Shown here: piece after piece, positions 56,585-64,000 of the stretch
Numbering within the stretch: position 1 is the stretch's first letter
Layout: the number at the start of each line of letters is the position of its first letter
NCBI GenBank assembly: GCA_017937655.1
Contig: JAGBDE010000009.1
Span: 5,944-69,943, forward strand
Direction: 5' to 3'
Origin: Clostridia bacterium
GTDB lineage: Bacteria; Bacillota; Clostridia; Christensenellales; Aristaeellaceae
DNA: 64,000 bases
Position numbers and translations under genes: made by a program
The notes under the pieces: model-generated
What the model saw: the letters and a program-made list of their open reading frames with translations, nothing else
What the model was told of the DNA's origin: nothing
The model's database searches: none

Positions 56585-57628
56585 TCAGCGCCGGCAGATG
56601 CGGCGGATGTCCTGAATCAGCTGGCGGACGTTTTCTTCGGGGGTGAACCAGCTGGTGCAGAAGCGGACGGCGGCCAGATCATCATCCAAAGTTTCCCAAT
56701 GGCTGAAGGCGTACTTCTCCGCAAAAGCGTCCCGCTCGGCCTTGGTCAGAATGGGGAACTGCTGATTGGTGGGAGAATCGTACAGGAGGGACACGCCGCA
56801 TTCCTCAAAGGTTTTGCGAATCTCCAGCGCCAGGGAAACCGCGTGCTGGCCCAGTTGCTGATAAAGGCCTTTCTCCATCAGGGTTTCAAACTGCACGCCC
56901 AGCAGCCGTCCCTTGGCCAGCATGCCGCCCTGCCGCTTGATGAAATAGCGGAAATCCTTGTTCAGCTTCTCATTCATGATGACCACAGCCTCGCCGAACA
57001 GCGCGCCCACCTTGGTGCCGCCAATGTAGAACACATCGCACAGCCGGGCCAGATCGGGCAGGAGGACGTCGTTTTTCGGAGAAGCCAGGCCGTAGCCGCA
57101 GCGGGCGCCGTCCACGTAGAGCATCAGGTCGTACTTGTCGCACACCTTGCGCAGGGCGGTCAGCTGCTCCAGGGTGTACAGGGTGCCGTTCTCCGTGGGC
57201 TGGCTGATGTACACCATGCCGGGCTGTACCATGTGCTCGTGGGTGGCGTCGCCCCAATGGCCGGCGCAGTAGGCTTCCACCTGTTCCGCGGAGATGCGGC
57301 CGTCGGTGGAGGGCAGGGGCAGCACCTTGTGGCCCAGGGCCTCGATGGCGCCGGTCTCATGCACGTTGATGTGACCGGTCACAGCGGCGATGGCTCCCTG
57401 ATGGGGCCGGAGGGCGGCGCAGATCACCGTGGCGTTGGCCTGGGTGCCGCCCACCAGGAAGTGGACGTTGGCATGAGGGGCCTCAAGCTGCTCCTTGATC
57501 AGCTGGCGGGCACGGTCGCAATGGGCGTCCTCGCCGTAGCCGGGATGCTGCTCAAAATTGGTGTCGGTCAGGGCTTTGAGCAGCGCAGGATGGCAGCCCT
57601 CGGCGTAGTCGCATTCAAAACGGATCAT
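56585..57628 (-). CDS. Low-specificity L-threonine aldolase / beta-eliminating lyase family PLP enzyme
   Basis: GGTQANA, the YVDGAR motif, and the PLP lysine context IGGTKVG. Confidence 0.8.
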   Translation of the reverse strand: MIRFECDYAEGCHPALLKALTDTNFEQHPGYGEDAHCDRARQLIKEQLEAPHANVHFLVGGTQANATVICAALRPHQGAIAAVTGHINVHETGAIEALGHKVLPLPSTDGRISAEQVEAYCAGHWGDATHEHMVQPGMVYISQPTENGTLYTLEQLTALRKVCDKYDLMLYVDGARCGYGLASPKNDVLLPDLARLCDVFYIGGTKVGALFGEAVVIMNEKLNKDFRYFIKRQGGMLAKGRLLGVQFETLMEKGLYQQLGQHAVSLALEIRKTFEECGVSLLYDSPTNQQFPILTKAERDAFAEKYAFSHWETLDDDLAAVRFCTSWFTPEENVRQLIQDIRRICRR

Positions 57629-57645
57629 GGGAAAAATCGTCTCCT

Positions 57646-58131
57646 TTATTTATGATAGCGTTCGTTGGCGTTGATCTTGGCGGCGCGGAACAGCTGCTCC
57701 AGCAGCATCACCCGGGCCAGCTGGTGGGGAAAGGTCATGGGGCTCATGCTCAGCTTGAAGTCTGCCCGGGCGGTCACCGTGGGATGCAGCCCCAGCGACC
57801 CGCCGATCACAAACACCACGTCGCTCTTGCCCTGGGTGAACAGGTCGGTCATTTTGGCGGCCAGCTTTTCGCTGTCCAGCATTTTGCCCTCAATGCACAT
57901 GGCGATGACGTAGGCCTTCTGGGGGATATGTTTGAGGATATTCTCCCCTTCCCGGCGCATGACGGCCTCGCACAAAGCGGGCGACGGCGCGGCAGGCTCC
58001 TTTTCATCAGGCAGCTCCACCACATTGACGGGCATCAGGCGGCCGAGGCGCTTGATATACTCCTGGGCCGCATCCTGGAAAAACTTTTCCTTCAGCTTGC
58101 CCACGCAGATAATGCTGACGGCCACGGTCAC
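57646..58131 (-). CDS. rlmH: 23S rRNA (pseudouridine1915-N3)-methyltransferase RlmH
   Basis: VGKLKEKF, IGGSLGL and TFPHQLARVMLLEQLFRA (SPOUT knot). Confidence 0.92.
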   Translation of the reverse strand: MTVAVSIICVGKLKEKFFQDAAQEYIKRLGRLMPVNVVELPDEKEPAAPSPALCEAVMRREGENILKHIPQKAYVIAMCIEGKMLDSEKLAAKMTDLFTQGKSDVVFVIGGSLGLHPTVTARADFKLSMSPMTFPHQLARVMLLEQLFRAAKINANERYHK

Positions 58132-58409
58132 TCCTCCTCCGGCTGAAAGTGCATGCAGGTGGCGTCCACCTTCACGTTGCGGAACAGCCTTTCGAAGTAC
58201 TCCGGCTTCCCTTCCGGAAAATACAGGGTGTAGATGCCTTCCTGCTGAAGTAGCACCGATTCCAGCCGGTGCCGGTTGCCCAGAGCATCCTCCAGAACCA
58301 TGCCCGGCTTCAGAAGGGGCGCGTTCTCATCGTCCATGCAAAGCAGCACCGCGCCCGCATCACCCGGGGCAAAAACATCGTCCAGAACACGGAGTTCCAT
58401 GAAAAACAT
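58128..58409 (-). CDS. Hypothetical small protein
   Basis: 93 aa with no motif. Start/stop overlap with rlmH suggests coupling. Confidence 0.45.
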   Translation of the reverse strand: MFFMELRVLDDVFAPGDAGAVLLCMDDENAPLLKPGMVLEDALGNRHRLESVLLQQEGIYTLYFPEGKPEYFERLFRNVKVDATCMHFQPEEE

Positions 58410-58414
58410 CCTCC

Positions 58415-59212
58415 TCAGGGAATGGTGTAAAGATAGCTGGGATTCAGCCGCCCGGCCACAAACAGGCTCACGTCCCGGCCCACCCGGGCGCCCATCTGGG
58501 TGAGGGCAAAGTGGGTAGAGGCATAGGCCATCTCCGGGGTGTTGTTTTCCGGACTCAGGTGGCCCAGCAGGATGTGCTGGGTGCCGGTACGAACCAACTG
58601 CGCGGCGGCCTCTGCGCCCATCTGGTTGCTCAGGTGGCCCTTCCGGCCCAGGATGCGGCTTTTCAGCCGCTGGGGATACCGGGGGTTTTCTTTCAGCATG
58701 TCCGGGTCGTGATTGCTTTCCAGCAGCACCAGCTCCGCGCCGGTCACAGCATCCCGGACGGCATCAGAGAAATAGCCAAGATCTGTGGCGATGGCCACGG
58801 AATGCCCGGGCAGGTAGAAGCGATATCCCACCGGCTCGTTGGCGTCGTGGGGGATGGAAAAGGGGGCGATCTCCATTCCCGGCAAAAAAAAGCTCTCCCC
58901 GGGAGTGATCATGACCCTGTGGCTGCCAGGCACGCTGCCCACCGCCGCCTCCATGCCCGCCCAGGTGCCCTCGGTGGCATAGATGGGAATGTCCAGCTTC
59001 CGGCTCAGGATGCCCGCGCCCTTCACATGGTCGCTGTGCTCGTGGGTGATGAGCAGAGCCTTGATATCGGCAGGGGAAATACGCACCGCTTCCAGGGCCT
59101 GGAAGATCTGCTTGCCGCTCATGCCGCAGTCCACCAGCACCGCGCCCTCGTCCGTCAGAAGCACGGAGGCGTTGCCGCTGGAACCGCTGAACAGGGTACA
59201 GAAGGTAATCAA
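58415..59212 (-). CDS. MBL-fold metallo-hydrolase, YycJ/WalJ-like
   Basis: SGSSGNA and ITHEHSDH motifs. 265 aa. Adjacent to rlmH as in Bacillus yycJ...yydA. Confidence 0.85.
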   Translation of the reverse strand: MITFCTLFSGSSGNASVLLTDEGAVLVDCGMSGKQIFQALEAVRISPADIKALLITHEHSDHVKGAGILSRKLDIPIYATEGTWAGMEAAVGSVPGSHRVMITPGESFFLPGMEIAPFSIPHDANEPVGYRFYLPGHSVAIATDLGYFSDAVRDAVTGAELVLLESNHDPDMLKENPRYPQRLKSRILGRKGHLSNQMGAEAAAQLVRTGTQHILLGHLSPENNTPEMAYASTHFALTQMGARVGRDVSLFVAGRLNPSYLYTIP

Positions 59213-59434
59213 AGCAAAGGCTCCTTTGCAAAAAAATAGCCATTATTGATTGTAGCACTTTGCCAGAAAAAAAACAAACTTTTCCGCCGTATATTTTGCA
59301 AAGAAAACCAAGGAATATGGCGGTTTTGCGCCGCATGCCCGGAAAGAGTTAAAAATTTGTAGAAAATTCTTGTTTCATTTTCCGCTGTGATGGTTATAAT
59401 ATCAATAACAAACTAGAAAGCGAGGGTTTTCACT

Positions 59435-59590
59435 ATGAAGTATGTATGCGACGTTTGCGGTTGGGAATATGACGAGGAACTGGGCTATCCGGAAGGCGGC
59501 ATCGCCCCCGGCACCAAGTTTGAGGATCTGCCTGAAGATTTTGAATGCCCCCTGTGCGGCGTGGGCAAGGACAGCTTCAGCGAAGGCTGA
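59435..59590 (+). CDS. Rubredoxin
   Basis: Own translation (below the ORF-track size cut-off): [51 protein letters not shown], with CxxCG...CPxCG motifs. Confidence 0.9.
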   Translation: MKYVCDVCGWEYDEELGYPEGGIAPGTKFEDLPEDFECPLCGVGKDSFSEG

Positions 59591-59662
59591 TGGATCGCAA
59601 GCATTTCCGGGCCTCCCAACGCGGGAGGCCCTTTGTGAAACCAAACCACAGGAGATGACAGT

Positions 59663-60415
59663 ATGGATCTGGTATTGCTGACCGCCCTGGGCGTAGGCGG
59701 AGCCACCATTTTCGGCTCCCTGCTGGGCTTTTTGTTCAAGGATATCTCCCACAAGTTTTCGGACATCGTGCTTTCCTTTGCGGCGGGCGTGATGATGGCC
59801 GCGGCGGTGCTGGGCCTGGTGCTGCCCTCCCTGGACTACGGCGGCAAATTCGGGCTGATCATTACCATCGCGGGTATCTTTGTGGGCGCGCTGAGCCTGA
59901 ACCTGATCGACAAGCTGACCCCCCACCTGCACAAGCTGGTAGGCCCGGACATCGAAAGCCACAACAACCACAGCCTGAACAAGGTGCTCCTGTTTGTCAT
60001 GGCCATCGCCATCCACAACCTGCCCGAAGGTATCGCGGCGGGCGTGGGCTTCGGCTCCGGCAATTCCTCCCAGGCGCTGATGATCGCCGGGGGTATCGCC
60101 CTGCAGAACATCCCCGAGGGCATGGTCATTATCGGGCCCATGCTGGCCGCCGGGGTCAGCCCCAAGAAGACCTTCCTCTGCGCCATGGCAACCGGCCTGA
60201 TCGAGGTCGTGGGCACGCTGATCGGCTACCTGGCGGTGAGCGTGGCCTCCGCCATCCTGCCCTTTGCCCTGGCCTTTGCCGGCGGTACCATGCTTTACGT
60301 GGTCAGCGACGAAATGATCCCCGAGACCCACGCCCACGGCAACGAGCGGGGCGCCACCTACGCCCTGCTGGTAGGCTTCTGCGTGATGCTGGTCACCGAC
60401 GTGCTGCTGGGATAA
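59663..60415 (+). CDS. ZIP family metal transporter (ZupT-like)
   Basis: AIAIHNLPEGIA and ALQNIPEGM motifs. 8 TM. Confidence 0.88.
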   Translation: MDLVLLTALGVGGATIFGSLLGFLFKDISHKFSDIVLSFAAGVMMAAAVLGLVLPSLDYGGKFGLIITIAGIFVGALSLNLIDKLTPHLHKLVGPDIESHNNHSLNKVLLFVMAIAIHNLPEGIAAGVGFGSGNSSQALMIAGGIALQNIPEGMVIIGPMLAAGVSPKKTFLCAMATGLIEVVGTLIGYLAVSVASAILPFALAFAGGTMLYVVSDEMIPETHAHGNERGATYALLVGFCVMLVTDVLLG

Positions 60416-60430
60416 CAAACAAAAAAACGA

Positions 60431-60468
60431 CCCGCACCCGGGCGATGTGCCTTGGGTGCGGGATTTTT
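60431..60468. terminator. Bidirectional terminator
   Basis: AAAAAAACGACCCGCACCC-loop-GGGTGCGGGATTTTTT. Confidence 0.7.
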
Positions 60469-60481
60469 TGCGTATTTTTTC

Positions 60482-61354
60482 TTACGGCGATACGCCAAAC
60501 AGGTCAAACAGCACGGCGCTGGTTAAGCCTTCGTCCTGCTGCCAGAGGTCGAAGGCGTAGCGGAAGTCGTGGCCGTTATAGCGGCAGATGTTGCAGCCAT
60601 CGGTGGCCAGTTCCATGACCACCACATCGTCCGGGAATTCCAGCAGCAGATTGGCCCCGAACAGGCAGCCGGCGATATTCTCGCCCCAATAATCGACGCT
60701 GGTCATCAGCTTGTAGATGGTGCGCAGCTTCTCCGGGTCGGTGATCTCGTGTTCGCCATCGCCGGTGATGAGCAAAGCGCGGACAGGCACGGCGTTCACC
60801 GGCCGCTCTATGGGCATGGAGGAATCCGTGCCCTGGGTTTCTTCCTCATAGGGTTCTTCGCCCACCAGGCACGCATTGGGCATATAGCCCGTGATGCCGC
60901 CGTACTGGATATGGGCGTGATCGCCGTAAAAGCCCAGAAGCATCACCCGGGCGCCGTCCGGCACATTCACAATGGGCTGATAATCGCCATACGGAGTGTC
61001 CATGATGCACTGCATGCCCGCAGAGGCGGGGTTCTTTACCCGCAGAACAATATCCATCGGGCGAACGGGTGGATAGCCGGTGGCGTCTGCCAGGTATTCC
61101 CGCATCATGTAGCCGGTCACGTCGCCCACCTGGACTTTCGCCCACTTGTCGTTCACATTTTCCAGCACACGCACCACAACGCCGTTATAGTATTTTCCCA
61201 GGGACTTGGCATCGGTGGAGGGTTCCTGACGCAGATTCAGCCGATCCGCCATATCGGGGTTGTTTACCACCGCATACTCTATCCCGCCGGCCAGGGCAGG
61301 AGCGGTGCAGGCAAGCAGCGTAAGGCTTAGCAGCAGTGCGATGTATTTCTTCAT
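60482..61354 (-). CDS. Secreted protein with two bacterial SH3 (SH3b) domains
   Basis: MKKYIALLLSLTLLACTAPALA signal. LNLRQEPSTDAKSLGKYYNGVVVRVL..WAKVQVGDVTGYM is SH3b-like, with a second copy at GARVMLLGFYGDHAHIQYGGITGYM. AAAGGAGG RBS. The rest of track ORF 60482..63268 is antisense to the GH43 gene. Confidence 0.75.
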   Translation of the reverse strand: MKKYIALLLSLTLLACTAPALAGGIEYAVVNNPDMADRLNLRQEPSTDAKSLGKYYNGVVVRVLENVNDKWAKVQVGDVTGYMMREYLADATGYPPVRPMDIVLRVKNPASAGMQCIMDTPYGDYQPIVNVPDGARVMLLGFYGDHAHIQYGGITGYMPNACLVGEEPYEEETQGTDSSMPIERPVNAVPVRALLITGDGEHEITDPEKLRTIYKLMTSVDYWGENIAGCLFGANLLLEFPDDVVVMELATDGCNICRYNGHDFRYAFDLWQQDEGLTSAVLFDLFGVSP

Positions 61355-61519
61355 GGGGCAATCCTCCTTTGCATCTCTGGTTACATAACGAACGGATCCC
61401 CTGATTTCTTCCAGATATTGCAAAAACTTTTCTGCCGTATTTGTGTCCCCTTGCCGCCTGACCCCGTTTGTGATACCATAGCCATAACAAACAGCTTCAT
61501 ACCGAAAGGAGCAATTTTC

Positions 61520-62848
61520 ATGGCAAATCCTATTCTTCCCTTCTGGGAATACATCCCCGACGGCGAACCCCGGGTTTTTGGCGACCGGGTCTATCTTTAC
61601 GGCTCTCATGACCGGGTGGCGGGTCATGCTTTCTGTGACTACAAGCTGAAGGTCTGGTCGGCCCCGCTCAGTGATCTGAACAACTGGACCTGCCACGGCG
61701 ACAGCTTCCGTACCCGGGACGGCCAGCGGCCTGCGGACACGGACTGGACCAGCGCCCAGTGCTTTGCCCCGGACGTGGTGGGCAAGGACGGCAAGTATTA
61801 TCTGTACTCCTACATCGTGGGTTCCAAGGGCGCGGTGGGCGTCAGCGACAAGCCGGAAGGCCCCTTCAAGTGCCTGGGCCAGTACAAGTATGACGACAGC
61901 GTCAAGGTGGGCGACGACGGCATCTTCAACGACGCGGGTGTTCTGGTGGACGACGACGGCCGGGTCTACGTGTACTACGGCTTTGAGTCCTCCAACATGA
62001 ACGAGCTGGACGGCTCCGATATGCAAACCGTGCTGCCCGGCACCCACAAGCATCCCGTCATCGACGATAACCGGGAGCTGCCGCCGGAAGAGTGCTTCTT
62101 TGAGGCCAGCAGTCCCCGGAAGGTGGGCGATACCTACTATCTGATCTACTCCCCCCGGAAGGGCAGCCGCCTGGCCTACGCCACCGCCACCTCCCCCACC
62201 GGCCCCTTCACCTACCGCGGGTATATCATCGACAACGGCGTGGACTACCCCGCCGGCAACAACCACGGTTCCATCATGCAGATCAACGGCCAATGGTACG
62301 TGTTCTATCACCGCATGACCAACAACACCATCATGTCCCGCCGTGCCTGCGTGGAGAAGATCAACATCCTGCCCGACGGCACCATCCCCCCGGTGGAGAT
62401 GACCTCCCTGGGCTTTGAGGACGCTCTGAACCCCTACCGCCTCACCCCGGCGGAGATCGCCTGCGTGCTCAAGGGCGGCTGCTTCATCATTGAGAAGGAT
62501 ATCTTCGACCGGCGCATCACCCGCATCACCGAAGGCTGCATCATCGGCTACAAGTACTTCGACTTTGGCCAGGACTTCACTGGCGACAAGCTGACCATGG
62601 CGCTGGACATTGGCGGCATGGGCACCAACTGCCGTGTTCACGTCCTCCTGGACGATTATGAGAACGGCGAAGAAATCGGCGTGTTTGATATCGGCACCCA
62701 CGACGGCGTGTATAAAACCAAGGTCAAGCACCTCACCGGCCGCCACGCCATCTTCCTGCGCTGCGAGCAGACCGTGGAGGGCTGGATGGCCCGGTATTTC
62801 CAGGACAAGCCCCTGTTTGAACTGAAGGGCTTCACCTTTATGAAGTGA
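61520..62848 (+). CDS. Glycoside hydrolase family 43 protein with C-terminal CBM6-like beta-sandwich
   Basis: MANPILPFWEYIPDGEPRVFGDRVYLYGSHD, FAPDVV, FFEASSPRKVGDTYYLIYS. AAAGGAG precedes the ATG at 61520. Confidence 0.75.
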   Translation: MANPILPFWEYIPDGEPRVFGDRVYLYGSHDRVAGHAFCDYKLKVWSAPLSDLNNWTCHGDSFRTRDGQRPADTDWTSAQCFAPDVVGKDGKYYLYSYIVGSKGAVGVSDKPEGPFKCLGQYKYDDSVKVGDDGIFNDAGVLVDDDGRVYVYYGFESSNMNELDGSDMQTVLPGTHKHPVIDDNRELPPEECFFEASSPRKVGDTYYLIYSPRKGSRLAYATATSPTGPFTYRGYIIDNGVDYPAGNNHGSIMQINGQWYVFYHRMTNNTIMSRRACVEKINILPDGTIPPVEMTSLGFEDALNPYRLTPAEIACVLKGGCFIIEKDIFDRRITRITEGCIIGYKYFDFGQDFTGDKLTMALDIGGMGTNCRVHVLLDDYENGEEIGVFDIGTHDGVYKTKVKHLTGRHAIFLRCEQTVEGWMARYFQDKPLFELKGFTFMK

Positions 62849-62860
62849 GGAAAGCGTTCC

Positions 62861-63376
62861 ATGTCCATCACCCTCCAGCCCATGACCCGGGAAAGAATGC
62901 ATGAACTGTACCGGCATTTTCAGTTCGACCCGGACATCTTCATGGATATGACCCTCTTTGAGCAGCGGAAAAACTACGTCTATCAGCCCGAGAAGGTGGA
63001 CGCGCTGTTTGATATGCGTGCCCAGGAAAACGGCAGCATCGCCTTTGCGGTGGTGCTGGACGGGGCGGTCATCGGCGAAGTGGGGCTGAGGCACATCGAC
63101 CCTGAGAAAAAGCAATGCGAGCTCAGCATCCACATGCAGAACGACGCGGTCAAAAACAAGGGCTACGGCACCCGGGCCGAGGCGCTGGCCATCCAGCACG
63201 CCTTTGCGGAGCTGCACATGGAGACCGTTGTGGCGGACACCATCCTCAAAAACGCCCGCAGCCAGCACGTGCTGGAAAAGCTGGGCTTCCGCTTCCTGTT
63301 TGAACAGGACGGCTTCAAAAACTACGCTTTATCCCGGAAGGAGTGGGAAAACTTTGGTCATTGCCATCATTGGTGA
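62861..63376 (+). CDS. GNAT family N-acetyltransferase (RimJ/RimL-like)
   Basis: IGEVGLRHID, NKGYGTRAEALAIQHAF and VLEKLGF. Confidence 0.8.
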   Translation: MSITLQPMTRERMHELYRHFQFDPDIFMDMTLFEQRKNYVYQPEKVDALFDMRAQENGSIAFAVVLDGAVIGEVGLRHIDPEKKQCELSIHMQNDAVKNKGYGTRAEALAIQHAFAELHMETVVADTILKNARSQHVLEKLGFRFLFEQDGFKNYALSRKEWENFGHCHHW

Positions 63377-63788
63377 AAACTGCTGCGGAAAATCCACCCT
63401 GGCCGACGCCCTGCAAAAGCAGATCGGCGGTGAAATTGTGACCGGCAAGGACTATCTGCGCATGGCAAAATCCCCCGCCGAGGCCGCAAGCCTCTTCCAA
63501 AAAAAGCTGCAAAGCGCCGTCAACGGCGAAAACATCCTTTACGTCATCTCCGAAAAGGAGCATCTGGGCCTGCTGCCCGAGGGCGCGATCCGGATCCTTG
63601 TGACCGCCGACCTTGCCACCATCAAGGAGCGGTTCCGGGCCCGGATGCGGGGTAATCTGCCTGCGCCCGTGGAAAAAATGCTGGAGCAAAAGCACGGCAT
63701 GTTTGACCATGGCGACTATGCCTTCCGCTTCTGCAGCACCCAGGACGATCTGGACGCGTTTGTCCAGGCCTTCGAAAGCGCTCTTTGA
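63354..63788 (+). CDS. P-loop kinase-like protein, paralog of 52167..52616
   Basis: LVIAIIGENCCGKSTLADAL Walker A. TTG start at 63354, 23-nt overlap with the GNAT gene. Confidence 0.55.
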   Translation: MVIAIIGENCCGKSTLADALQKQIGGEIVTGKDYLRMAKSPAEAASLFQKKLQSAVNGENILYVISEKEHLGLLPEGAIRILVTADLATIKERFRARMRGNLPAPVEKMLEQKHGMFDHGDYAFRFCSTQDDLDAFVQAFESAL

Positions 63789-63814
63789 CCTACCAGAATC
63801 ACGAGGTGAAAACC

Positions 63815-64000
63815 ATGTTTATGAACAAAACCCTGAAATCCCTCCTGGAGGATCCCCTGGTTTCCGTGCTGGGCCCGGACGCCATCAGCAAATGGGATCT
63901 CACCAAAGAAGAATTCTACCACTGGACCCTGCAGGAGATTGCGGACAAAATGGGCTGGCGCAATCTGAACCGGGGCCTTACCCGGCTGTATGACGTGGCC
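63815..64000 (+). CDS. Hypothetical protein, 5' part only (runs off the right edge)
   Basis: Own translation: MFMNKTLKSLLEDPLVSVLGPDAISKWDLTKEEFYHWTLQEIADKMGWRNLNRGLTRLYDVA. GAGGTG RBS. Confidence 0.5.
   Translation, partial: MFMNKTLKSLLEDPLVSVLGPDAISKWDLTKEEFYHWTLQEIADKMGWRNLNRGLTRLYDVA

Noticed and set aside
60482-63268. 928-aa ORF on the minus strand
   Set aside because: It is chimeric. Only the last 290 codons (60482..61354) form a real gene, with an RBS, a signal peptide and SH3b domains. The upstream part is antisense to the GH43 and GNAT genes.

Overview
High-GC (about 60 % by eye, not computed) Clostridia-type chromosome segment, probably Oscillospiraceae/Ruminococcaceae-like. spoIVA and cwlD point to a spore-former lineage. 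The window is densely coding and mostly housekeeping. From left to right it holds rlmB(partial)-thyX-mrnC, uvrA, a BMP-family nucleoside-type ABC transporter, cwlD, pheST behind a Phe T-box, yebC, a dus operon carrying three secreted proteins, nagB-acetyltransferase-glmM, and an M42 peptidase. It continues with a LytTR/DUF3021 pair, a U32 peptidase, mltG, spoIVA, a multidomain flavodiiron protein, pgsA, a threonine aldolase, rlmH, yycJ, rubredoxin and a ZIP transporter. Scattered glycan-active genes are present (GH26, GH43, CE2, possibly GH127-like). No rRNA, tRNA, CRISPR array, IS element, transposase, integrase or prophage was seen. Many very long ORFs in the supplied track are antisense shadow ORFs of real genes, which is typical of high-GC DNA. 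Four observations stand out. (1) Three visibly AT-rich single-gene islets (membrane protein, GNAT, MazG-like) share conserved boundary modules: a hairpin plus a TGATAGAAT promoter on the 5' side and a second hairpin or stop-proximal motif on the 3' side, always in the same gene-relative order. This is a cassette-like architecture with no recombinase in view. (2) A glmS-type ribozyme sits in front of nagB-(GlmU-C-like acetyltransferase)-glmM rather than glmS. (3) About 200-nt GC-rich multi-hairpin arrays lie in 3' UTRs, and one ~68-nt module is inverted between two copies. (4) Several operons have odd composition: T-box-DUF523-pheST, dus translationally coupled to secreted paralogs plus a transglutaminase-like protein, and a cytoplasmic ParB-like/BMP fusion with a phosphoesterase. 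A DnaA-box cluster and a leader-peptide-like unit before a GNAT gene were also found. All calls come from reading the sequence and translations. No database search was run.
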